Of a stretch of 64,000 bases of DNA, positions 37,909 to 46,517 are shown piece by piece; positions within the stretch are counted from its first letter, which is position 1, and the number at the start of each line of letters is the position of its first letter. Position numbers and translations under genes: made by a program. The DNA is taken from assembly GCA_020201525.1 (NCBI GenBank), contig JAIVGO010000105.1:57-64056 (forward strand), given 5' to 3'. Source of the DNA: Actinomycetota bacterium. GTDB taxonomy: Bacteria > Actinomycetota > AC-67. A model generated the notes under the pieces. The model was given only the letters and a program-made list of their open reading frames with translations. It searched no databases and was not told where the DNA came from.

Positions 37909-38706
37909 GTGAGCGACCGGCCGCACCTTCTCATCGACCGAGACGGGCACATCGTCACGCTGACGATGAACCGTCCCGATGCGCGCAACGCATTGTCGTC
38001 GGAAATGATCGTCCGGCTCGCCGATGCGTGGGTGATGATCGACGAGGATCCGGAGATACGTGTCGCAATCTTGACGGGCGCGGCCGGACATTTTTGCGCC
38101 GGCGCCGACCTGAAGTCGATGGCCGGCGGCTACGGCAAAGACGAATGGACCGCGCGCACGGCGGAAGACCCGTTCCTCCCATGGAAAGCGCTCCTGCGAA
38201 ACCATCGTTTGCGGAAACCCCTCGTCGCCGCCGTCGAAGGCTACGCCGTGGCCGGCGGCACAGAAATCTTGCAAGGAACCGACATTCGCGTTGCGGCAGA
38301 AACAGCGACGTTCGGCATCGCGGAGGCAAAGCGCGGCTTGTTTCCGCTCGGCGGCTCGACGGTGAGGTTGCGCCGCCAGATCCCGTATACAAAGGCAATG
38401 GAGATCATGCTCACCGGTGAGTTCCTCAGCGCGCGCGATGCGCTCGAGATCGGCCTGATCGGACGCGTGGTGCCCGAAGGCGAAGCGTTGAACGAAGCGA
38501 AGAAGCTCGCCGAGAAGGTCGCGGCGAACGCACCGTTGTCGGTCCAAGCCATCAAGCGTTCCGTGCAGGAAACCGAGGGACTGCCGGAAGAAGAAGCAAT
38601 GAAGATCGAGCTCGAGATCGGCATGCCGATCTTCGGGACGGAAGACGCGCGCGAAGGACCGCGCGCGTTCGCGGAGAAGCGCCCGCCCGAATTCAAGGGA
38701 CGCTGA
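37909..38706 (+). CDS. Enoyl-CoA hydratase (crotonase); start re-set to GTG (VSDRPHLLIDRDGHIVTLTMNRP)
   Basis: Crotonase motifs. The tool's ATG at 37891 lies inside the KstR-type operator TAGAATGTGTTCTA. Confidence 0.8.
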   Translation: MSDRPHLLIDRDGHIVTLTMNRPDARNALSSEMIVRLADAWVMIDEDPEIRVAILTGAAGHFCAGADLKSMAGGYGKDEWTARTAEDPFLPWKALLRNHRLRKPLVAAVEGYAVAGGTEILQGTDIRVAAETATFGIAEAKRGLFPLGGSTVRLRRQIPYTKAMEIMLTGEFLSARDALEIGLIGRVVPEGEALNEAKKLAEKVAANAPLSVQAIKRSVQETEGLPEEEAMKIELEIGMPIFGTEDAREGPRAFAEKRPPEFKGR

Positions 38707-39306
38707 GTGCGGCCTCGCATCGCAGCGGCGATCCGCGCATTGGTCGAGCACGCGGTCACCGCCGACGTCCCGGACGAACAAGCAGAACGAGTTGCCGCCG
38801 ACATCGAAAAGCTGGACGCGCACTTCCAGTCATTTCCGAGACGAGCCCCGCGAAGCCCGGCGCTGCCGGATCTCACAGATATCCAAGCTTCGTTCTCGGG
38901 TGACCCGATCATCGGCGAGGCGAACCCGATGGCTCCACCGGTCCACGTCCTCGTCGACGGAGAACTCATTCGGGGAGCCGTGCGCCTCGGCGACCCGTAC
39001 GAAGGCCCGCCCGGATACGTGCACGGCGCCGTGGTGGCGGGAATCTTCGACATGCTCCTCGGCCTCGCGAATATCGCGAGCGGCAACCCGGGGATGACGG
39101 GAACGCTCACGATCCGGTACCTGCTCCCGACACCGCTTCATACCGATCTCGCGTTCGAAGCGAAGACGAAGAGCGTCGACGGGCGCAAGATCTACACCGC
39201 CGGAGCGCTCTATGCAGGCGAGACGCTTACGGCCGAAGCCGACGGGTTGTTCGTCAGCGTCACCGGTTCACGGTCTGAATCGATCTTTTCCGAACGGCTC
39301 GGGTAG
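38707..39306 (+). CDS. Hotdog-fold thioesterase-like protein (PaaI/4HBT-type)
   Basis: YVHGAVVAGIFDMLLG resembles the PaaI-type active-site helix. GTG start directly after the ech stop. Confidence 0.6.
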   Translation: MRPRIAAAIRALVEHAVTADVPDEQAERVAADIEKLDAHFQSFPRRAPRSPALPDLTDIQASFSGDPIIGEANPMAPPVHVLVDGELIRGAVRLGDPYEGPPGYVHGAVVAGIFDMLLGLANIASGNPGMTGTLTIRYLLPTPLHTDLAFEAKTKSVDGRKIYTAGALYAGETLTAEADGLFVSVTGSRSESIFSERLG

Positions 39307-39342
39307 CAAGGAATCCCCGCCTTCGCGGCGAATCAGTGCAAC

Positions 39343-40845
39343 GTGACAAAGCGATACTCACTCGTCCTCGCACTCCTTACGGCGCTGTCGTCCCTCGGCG
39401 CCCAGATGGTGTCGCGCGCGACGCCGGAGAATTGCGGGCCGCTCGCGGCGCACCGAAGCGCCCCGGCGAGCGGAGTGCCCCGGACGGATACCGCCGACCG
39501 CCGCGGCATCCGCGCGTTCGCCGTGCAGTTCAAACAAGACCTGCGCTTCGTGGAAAGCTACGCGACGTACCGGCAAAAGATGCGGTGCATGATGGAGACA
39601 TACGTCGTGCCGAATCTCTCCCCCGACGTCCCGAACCTCGTGGTGTTCAACGAGGACATCGGGCTCATGACGCTTGCGATCGGCTCGCGCGGGAAGGCCG
39701 TTCGCGAATTCGCGAAGAGCCGAGCAGGAAAGGCGGGTGGCGACCAAAGTGGAGCGCCGGCGGGTGCGGCCGGAGCACTCGGGCTGGCGAATGGCGCGTA
39801 CGCAAGCCAAGTCGCGTACTACCAAGCCAAGTTCCCGGGGATCGACCCGCGCAAGCAAGTGTTCCTCGCTGCGACCGACACCTTCGCGCGAGCATTCTCC
39901 CAAACGTTCAGCGATATCGCGCGCGACTACGGCGTCTACGTGGTCGCGTCCAACAACCAAGGCCTTTTCGAAGAATCGACCGACCCGGCAGACGTTGCAG
40001 CACTCGGAGATCCCGATCTCCTTCCCGGCGTTTCAAGTGTGTACGTGGCGACGGGTCCGGAGGTGTGGAATCAAGTGTTCTTGTGGGGGCCGGAGGACAC
40101 TGCTCCTGATGCGCCGGCGCCGGAGCGGAATGTGCTTTTCCGAAACAAGAAGGTTCCGCTGACGGCAATTGAAAAGGATTTCATCGCGCTCGATGAAGGA
40201 CCGTCGACGGGTCCGGGTGCCGCAGCGAACATCGGCGCAGCAGCCATTCCCGGCAGCGACGCAAAGCTCGGATTCGCGACGAGCCTTCCCGCGTTCGTGT
40301 ACGGCTACAACATAGGTTCGCCTCGTCCCGCGGTCAACGCTTGCAGCAACACTGCCGTCTACTACATGCCGTGCATGAGCGATCTCGGCGTCAACGTCGT
40401 CGTCCAAGCAGAAGCGAACCCAGGACGATGGGCGTCCCTCGGCGGGCAAGCGGAGTGGCAACCGTTCGAGTGGATGGGTTCCACGTGGCGTGCCGTCGCC
40501 GATCCCACGGTGAACTTCCGGTACAACATCACACCGCACATGGTTGGGAACTTGCTCGACCTGGCCTTCGACGGACAGACGGCAATAACATCGCGCGACG
40601 GCGGCTACCCCGCTGCCCACTACGTGGGAAACGTTTCTTCGGAAGCCGAGAGCGAACAGGGAGATCCCGAATACAGCTTCTACATCGGCGACAAGGATCA
40701 GTTCGTCACGCTGGCGCCGTGGGTGAACAACACCGACGACCGCGAACTGTTGCGAGCGACATCGACCCGGCTCGCGCCGGCATCCGACGACCCACTGGAA
40801 AACGACTACCTGGAGACGGTGCTATGGGCAGATCTCGTGTTCTGA
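39343..40845 (+). CDS. Secreted protein with possible carbon-nitrogen hydrolase (nitrilase-superfamily) fold
   Basis: N-terminal signal peptide. Motifs VVFNEDIGL (Glu), LFRNKKVPL (Lys) and MPCMSD (Cys) are reminiscent of the nitrilase E-K-C triad, but the Cys motif is degenerate. Confidence 0.6.
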   Translation: MTKRYSLVLALLTALSSLGAQMVSRATPENCGPLAAHRSAPASGVPRTDTADRRGIRAFAVQFKQDLRFVESYATYRQKMRCMMETYVVPNLSPDVPNLVVFNEDIGLMTLAIGSRGKAVREFAKSRAGKAGGDQSGAPAGAAGALGLANGAYASQVAYYQAKFPGIDPRKQVFLAATDTFARAFSQTFSDIARDYGVYVVASNNQGLFEESTDPADVAALGDPDLLPGVSSVYVATGPEVWNQVFLWGPEDTAPDAPAPERNVLFRNKKVPLTAIEKDFIALDEGPSTGPGAAANIGAAAIPGSDAKLGFATSLPAFVYGYNIGSPRPAVNACSNTAVYYMPCMSDLGVNVVVQAEANPGRWASLGGQAEWQPFEWMGSTWRAVADPTVNFRYNITPHMVGNLLDLAFDGQTAITSRDGGYPAAHYVGNVSSEAESEQGDPEYSFYIGDKDQFVTLAPWVNNTDDRELLRATSTRLAPASDDPLENDYLETVLWADLVF

Positions 40846-42047
40846 CAATTCTCTTCGCAGCCGGCCTTCTGGCAACCGGTATGAGTGCGCGCGCGGCAAC
40901 GCCATCGAGCGGGATTGTGAGCTCGTCAAACGACGCATTGAGCTGGTCGGGCTCATTCGATGCGATCGTGACGCCGGGCATCCTCGCGGAGTGCAGCCTT
41001 GGCATCTGCGACAAGTTCACGTACACGGTGAACCTTGCTGAGAGCGCGACCGAGGAGATCGAAGTGGCAGTGCGCTGGCTGAGCGAATCCACCGACACGG
41101 ACCTCGACCTGTTCGTCACCGATGAAGAAGGCGCGGTGGTCGGCCAGTCGACGGGTCTCGATTCCTCGGCGGAAGTCGCGCACATTCCCGTGTCCAACGG
41201 CACGTTCGACGTGTGGGTAGCGCCGGTCACGCTCGACGAGCCCTTGCAATACAGCGGCCGCATCGAAGTCGAGTCGCCGCCGGCCGTCGAACCCGTGCGC
41301 GATCTGCTGCCGAACATGACGACGCTCGAGCCGCACACACTCATGATCGCCACCGGCGAGTACTACATCGATCCGGTCCACAACGAAGCCGTCAGCTGCT
41401 ATCCCGAAGAGATCACCGATCCAGACGAGCAAACGCCGACGCGCTGCTTACGCTTCGATCAAATCGCCTACAACCAAGGCGCGGGCCCGCTCGAGCTTCG
41501 GTTCAATCCGATCGATCCGAGCAATGCCGGATCACCCCGGTTGCGCCAGCGGATTTATTCGAGCGACGGCACGTATCGTGAAGTCACCGCCGAAGACGCG
41601 ATGGAGTTTCACCCCATCCACGGGCACTGGCATTACTCGGGATTCGGTCTCGGGCGTTTGTACGTCGACGGCAACCCGACGCCGGTCCGTCAGAGCAACA
41701 AGAAAGGCTTCTGCTTGATCGACGTCGACTTCGAAGGATGGGGCGCAAAGGGAAACGGGCCACGCAGCTATTCAGCGCCGGGCTGCCTCGTTCCCGATCC
41801 GGATGAAGGCGGCGACGTGGTCATGGGAATCGATAACGGCTGGGCCGATGTCTACAACTGGTTCCTCGCCGACCAATTCATCGACATCACAGGACTCGCG
41901 GACGGGGTCTACCGCCTTGAAATCATCGCGGACCCGGGCAACACGCTCGTTGAATCTGATTACACGGACAACGCGCGGTCGACGTGGATCTGTATCAGCG
42001 GCACGACGGTGAACAAGGTGGCGGGTCCGGACGCAGCGTGTGTGTGA
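40824..42047 (+). CDS. Secreted lysyl-oxidase (LOX) family protein (copper amine oxidase with LTQ-cofactor-type catalytic domain); start re-set to MGRSRVLTILFAAGL
   Basis: Signal peptide; HPIHGHWHY (the HxHxH copper site, compare LOX WHSCHQHYH); KKGFCLIDVD (compare KASFCLEDT); QFIDITGLADGVYRLEIIADPGNTLVESDYTDNARSTWICI (compare [39 protein letters not shown]). 22-bp overlap with the previous gene. Confidence 0.75.
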   Translation: MGRSRVLTILFAAGLLATGMSARAATPSSGIVSSSNDALSWSGSFDAIVTPGILAECSLGICDKFTYTVNLAESATEEIEVAVRWLSESTDTDLDLFVTDEEGAVVGQSTGLDSSAEVAHIPVSNGTFDVWVAPVTLDEPLQYSGRIEVESPPAVEPVRDLLPNMTTLEPHTLMIATGEYYIDPVHNEAVSCYPEEITDPDEQTPTRCLRFDQIAYNQGAGPLELRFNPIDPSNAGSPRLRQRIYSSDGTYREVTAEDAMEFHPIHGHWHYSGFGLGRLYVDGNPTPVRQSNKKGFCLIDVDFEGWGAKGNGPRSYSAPGCLVPDPDEGGDVVMGIDNGWADVYNWFLADQFIDITGLADGVYRLEIIADPGNTLVESDYTDNARSTWICISGTTVNKVAGPDAACV

Positions 42048-45023
42048 TCACACAGCGGCCGGCTGCTCCTCGGACGAGCCGAGATACGCCGCGATGACGA
42101 CATCGTCCCGCTGAACGTGCGCGGGTAGCCCTTCGGACAGAAGCTTGCCGCGGTTGACGACGTACATGTAATCCGAAACCGACGTCACCATGTGCACGTC
42201 GTGCTCGATGAGCAGGATCGACGTGCCGAGGTTGTCACGCACGTGATACAGGTGCTCGGCAAGCTTCGCGGTCTCGGTGTTGTCGAGACCAGACGCCGGC
42301 TCGTCAAGCATAACCAGCTTCGCGCCGCTGACGAGCGCGCGCGCGAGCTCGACCATGCGCAGCGTTCCGAGCGGCAATCCTGCGACCGGCCGGTCGGCGA
42401 TGTCGTCGAGGTCGAGCAAGTGGATGACGCCGGCCACTTTCTCGCGCGCGGCGCGCTCACCGCGAAGTGCGGCCGACGTGACGGCGACGTGTGCGAGCAC
42501 ACCGGTGGGATTTTGCAAATGCGTAGCGACGAGCAGGTTCTCGAAGATCGAGAGCTGATGAAAGAGTTGGACGACTTGGAACGTGCGGCCGACACCGAGC
42601 CCGGCGCGCTTGTGCACCGGCCAGTCGGTGACGTCATGGTCGAAGATCCGCACGCGCCCACCCGTCGGCACCACGAGACCGGAGATCGCATTGAACGTCG
42701 TCGTTTTCCCAGCGCCGTTCGGGCCGATGAGACCGACGATTTCCCCTTCCCGAACCGACAACGACACATCGTCGACTGCAACGAGCCCGCCGAAGCGAAC
42801 CGTTAAGCCCTCGACGTCGAGGACGGCGAGGTTTTCAGTGCGCTCCACCGACGGCCGTCGCATCGCCGTTTGTTTCTTCGAAGAACCATTGGTCGGCGCA
42901 TCGATGTGTGGAGCGAAGGCCGGACCGATACGAGCCCGGGTGCGTCGGCGCGGCGAGAGATTCATCCGTCGGGCGAGAGCCTGTGGAATGCCGGCAAGAC
43001 CACCGGGGTACATCAGCAAAACTCCGGCGAGCAGCCCGGCACTCACGAGCTCCAGGCCGCCGGGAACGGTGACGCGATAAAAGAGCTCGCCCAAGCCGGC
43101 GAACAAGATCGCTGCGCCGATTGCTCCGCCAAGACTGCTCACTCCGCCGACGACCGCAACGGCGAGATAGAACAGCGATTTGTCGAACCCGAATTGTGCC
43201 TCGGCATTTACCGATCCTGCTCCGGTGATCAACAAGTTGCCGGCGATTCCGGCGAGCATTCCCGAAATGGCGAACGCCAGGAGCTTGTACCGAGTGACGT
43301 CGATACCGAGTGAGGCTGCCGCCGTCTCGGAGCCGCGGACCGCGAAGAACGCACGGCCGGTTTTCGAGTCTCGCACATTGAAGAGCGCCCACAGCACGGC
43401 TGCGGCAACGGCAAGCGCAACGTAATAGAACGTCCTTCGCTCGGCGAAATCGAAGAATGGAAATGCGCCCGATCGCCCGATCGCTTTCACGCTGATCGAA
43501 GTGCTTCCTCCCGCGCCCCCGACCAACCAGGGTGACTTGAACAGATATTCGTTCGACATCCAGAGCACGATCAGCGTCGCCACGGCGAGATACAGGCCGC
43601 GCACCCTCAGCGCGACGAGCCCAACAACGGCGGCAAATCCTGCCGACGCCACCGAGACGAGTGGAAGGTTGAGCGGAAACTGCAAACCGGCGCGATTGCT
43701 CAAAAGCGCAGTAGTGAATGCACCGATGCCCAGCAGCGCCGCCTGCGCGAGTGAGATCTGACCGACCCATCCCGTGAGGAGAACGAGCGAGGCGGCGATA
43801 AGCAAGATGATGCACGCTTGAATCGCGTCGCCGAGCAATGAAAACGGTGCGCCGATAAACGGGCCGATGATAAGGCCGGCAAGAACGATCAGGATGAGAA
43901 CCGCTTTCGCAAGCCGCATGCGGAACAGCCGAACGACCAAACGAGCTACAGCACGACCGGCCCTTCCGGCGCTCGGCAGTAAGGCCCCAACCACAACCAA
44001 CGACATCGCGACCCATGCGCGGTGAAAAAGGAGCGCACCGACCACGGCGCCGGCGCCGGTAAGGCGGGCGAGAGTGCGGCGAAAGCTTGATCCGAGGTGC
44101 AGTCGGGATTGGGCCGGCTCGTCCAACGCCGGCGAGGCGCTGCTTCCGACGAAACGTTCGCCGCGGAGTGCCATGACGACAAGCGCAACAAGCGTCAAGA
44201 CAAGCTGCGGCGCGCCGAGCTGCGTCGCGAATCCGCCGATGCCCGGTATAAGGGCGATCGCCGGCACCATGCCGAGCACGATCCCGACGACGGCAGATCC
44301 AGTCGCCGCACCCGGAAGGCTGCTGAGTCCGCCGAGCAACGCCGCAACAAACGCCGGCAAAACGATGAGGGTCAAGTTGATCGGCTCGAGCACCGTGACG
44401 GGCGCGAGAAGAATGCCCGCCAACGCGGCAAGTGCTCCTCCGAGCGCCCACGCAAGTCGCGTCGTCGCGTCGGGATCGATTCCCATCAACGACGCAGCCC
44501 GGCGGTTGTCGGCCGCCGATCGCATCGCAAGCCCCACCTCGGTGAACCGGAAGAGAGCGAACAGCAAAGCGACGCACGTAAAAGCGACCGCCAAAAGACC
44601 GATCTGCCCGAAACGAAGGATCGACGCGCCGACGTGAATGCCGCCCTCCGGAAAGAGCCGGACGGCCCCCCGTGGTGTCGTGCCCCACAATTTCACCGCC
44701 AGGCTGAGCAAGATGCCGAGCGCGGCAATTGTGCCTACTGTTTGGGCCGTCGGCCCTTGACGCCGCAATGCGCGTACAAACACTCGCTCGATGATGATCC
44801 CGATCAGGGCACCGAACGCGACTCCAAGGACGAGCGCTGCCACAGCCGGCACGTGGTGCTGCACCAGTGAGTACGTCACAAACGCGGGAACCATCGCCAT
44901 CGTGCCGTGCGCGAGATTCAACACGCGCGACGATTGGTGAATGACGACGATGCCAACCGCGAATAACGCAAAGGCCCCGACGAGCGGTAGCGAAAGAAGG
45001 AAGTAGACCGGAACCTGGCTCAT
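42048..45023 (-). CDS. Branched-chain-amino-acid-type ABC importer, triple fusion LivH-like permease + LivM-like permease + LivG-like ATPase (991 aa)
   Basis: Two successive permease domains (about 1-290 and 330-640) followed by Walker A GPNGAGKTT, a signature-like LGTLRMVELARAL, and Walker B LVMLDEP. Confidence 0.85.
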   Translation of the reverse strand: MSQVPVYFLLSLPLVGAFALFAVGIVVIHQSSRVLNLAHGTMAMVPAFVTYSLVQHHVPAVAALVLGVAFGALIGIIIERVFVRALRRQGPTAQTVGTIAALGILLSLAVKLWGTTPRGAVRLFPEGGIHVGASILRFGQIGLLAVAFTCVALLFALFRFTEVGLAMRSAADNRRAASLMGIDPDATTRLAWALGGALAALAGILLAPVTVLEPINLTLIVLPAFVAALLGGLSSLPGAATGSAVVGIVLGMVPAIALIPGIGGFATQLGAPQLVLTLVALVVMALRGERFVGSSASPALDEPAQSRLHLGSSFRRTLARLTGAGAVVGALLFHRAWVAMSLVVVGALLPSAGRAGRAVARLVVRLFRMRLAKAVLILIVLAGLIIGPFIGAPFSLLGDAIQACIILLIAASLVLLTGWVGQISLAQAALLGIGAFTTALLSNRAGLQFPLNLPLVSVASAGFAAVVGLVALRVRGLYLAVATLIVLWMSNEYLFKSPWLVGGAGGSTSISVKAIGRSGAFPFFDFAERRTFYYVALAVAAAVLWALFNVRDSKTGRAFFAVRGSETAAASLGIDVTRYKLLAFAISGMLAGIAGNLLITGAGSVNAEAQFGFDKSLFYLAVAVVGGVSSLGGAIGAAILFAGLGELFYRVTVPGGLELVSAGLLAGVLLMYPGGLAGIPQALARRMNLSPRRRTRARIGPAFAPHIDAPTNGSSKKQTAMRRPSVERTENLAVLDVEGLTVRFGGLVAVDDVSLSVREGEIVGLIGPNGAGKTTTFNAISGLVVPTGGRVRIFDHDVTDWPVHKRAGLGVGRTFQVVQLFHQLSIFENLLVATHLQNPTGVLAHVAVTSAALRGERAAREKVAGVIHLLDLDDIADRPVAGLPLGTLRMVELARALVSGAKLVMLDEPASGLDNTETAKLAEHLYHVRDNLGTSILLIEHDVHMVTSVSDYMYVVNRGKLLSEGLPAHVQRDDVVIAAYLGSSEEQPAAV

Positions 45024-45029
45024 GCGCCG

Positions 45030-46517
45030 CTACGTCGGAATGTCCTTGCCGGCATCTAGATCCTCGAGCTCGACGCGTTCGTCGCGCCATCCGGAGAACC
45101 GGTCTTTGTACTGGATCGACCACGCTTGCATGCGCGTATTGGCGAAGTGATCCCCGGCTCGCCACGACAGTGGGGGCGTCAGTCCCGTATCCAGTGTCAT
45201 GTTGTTCAAGACGGCAATCAGCCGTTCGCGGGTGAGTTGCGGCCCGACGTCTTGAAGCGCCTTCACCATCATTGTCATACCGAGATATGCGCCTTCCACG
45301 AACGTGTTGGTGAAGTCGGCGCTGCTCCCAGTTTGCATAGCGTTGACATAATCGCTGACTGCGCGCCTGCCAAGATTCGCACCGATGGGCGGGTTGTACC
45401 CGGTCCACAGCCACAGCCCGTTGCACCGCGTCCCGCATTGCTGCGCAAAGCTACGCGTGAACAGCGGTTGGGGCCCGCCCATCCGGATGCCATCGGAAGG
45501 GCTCAGCGCGCCGGCCGTCAGCCAGCTGATCGCCGTCGCCGGCTCGAGCAACAGAGCGACGAAGTCGCACTTCGGCGCGCTCAAACACGCATTATTGAAA
45601 ACCTGGATTTGCGGACCATAGCTCACCTGCGAATTCGCAATCCCACAGAAACGCTCTTTGCACTGTGCGTTCTTGAACGGGTTGGAAAAGCCGGGAACCT
45701 CTGCGTGTGTCACGCGCTTCACTGCGGCGTTGAACGCGACCGCTCCCTCGAGGCCGAAGTGATACGTGCTCTCATACACAATGCCGAAGTGCCGCGCCCC
45801 GGCGTCGTACGCCTGCTGCACCATGATGTGCATCGCCGACATGGTCGACGCTGCTACCGGCCAGATATACGGATCAAGGTACTGGTGGATGAGCATCCCA
45901 TCAGAGCCGACGACAGGAACGCCCTTCTTCTTGAGATAGCCCGCGTTGGAGACGTTCTGCAGACCCTCAGACGAGGGAACGACCGCGAGGGCGAAGACCT
46001 TCTTGTCCTCGACCAGATTCCGGATGTAGTCACCGCCGAGGTCGAACTTCCATCCGTCGTCTTTCAAGAGAAGACTAAGCTTGCGTCCGCACACGCCGCC
46101 GGTGCGGTTCACTGCGTTCGCGACGGCCGTCATACCGTATCGCGCGTCGTGGAGGAAGCTCGCGCCGATTCCCGTATTGACGATCGTCGCGCCGAGCTTG
46201 ATCTCGCTTCCCGTGACGCCGACGTCCGTTGCCCCCCCGTTTCGACCGGCTGCGCATTGAAAGGAAGCCGGCGCCGGCGGCAACACCGACGTCTTCTGCA
46301 GGTCGTTCGGCGAAGACGAGTCGACCGGCGCGACGGATCCGAGCTTTCCACCTGATTGCGTAACTTCTCGAACCACGGAGCTCGTCGGCTTCTTCGGGGG
46401 AGCAACGACGACGGCAGAGGCAGCGATGGCTACCCCGGACAGCACCGCTAACGTCAGCCACGCGGGCGAAATGCGGTAATGATCACCCGATCGACGGAAC
46501 GGCAGCCGTACCTTCAC
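45030..46517 (-). CDS. ABC transporter substrate-binding protein (Liv/amide-urea family) with N-terminal membrane anchor; GTG start overlapping the upstream stop (GTGA)
   Basis: Periplasmic-binding-protein type I pattern. The GTG at 46517 shares GTGA with the stop of the 848-aa surface-protein gene. The tool's ATG start at 46586 is 23 codons further upstream, inside that gene. Confidence 0.8.
   Translation of the reverse strand: MKVRLPFRRSGDHYRISPAWLTLAVLSGVAIAASAVVVAPPKKPTSSVVREVTQSGGKLGSVAPVDSSSPNDLQKTSVLPPAPASFQCAAGRNGGATDVGVTGSEIKLGATIVNTGIGASFLHDARYGMTAVANAVNRTGGVCGRKLSLLLKDDGWKFDLGGDYIRNLVEDKKVFALAVVPSSEGLQNVSNAGYLKKKGVPVVGSDGMLIHQYLDPYIWPVAASTMSAMHIMVQQAYDAGARHFGIVYESTYHFGLEGAVAFNAAVKRVTHAEVPGFSNPFKNAQCKERFCGIANSQVSYGPQIQVFNNACLSAPKCDFVALLLEPATAISWLTAGALSPSDGIRMGGPQPLFTRSFAQQCGTRCNGLWLWTGYNPPIGANLGRRAVSDYVNAMQTGSSADFTNTFVEGAYLGMTMMVKALQDVGPQLTRERLIAVLNNMTLDTGLTPPLSWRAGDHFANTRMQAWSIQYKDRFSGWRDERVELEDLDAGKDIPT

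Noticed and set aside
42835-45438. 867-aa minus-strand ORF and other long ORFs antisense or out of frame to real genes
   Set aside because: They are Arg/Ala/Pro-rich, low-complexity translations typical of spurious ORFs in about 68% GC DNA. Each is fully contained within a well-supported gene with clear family motifs.
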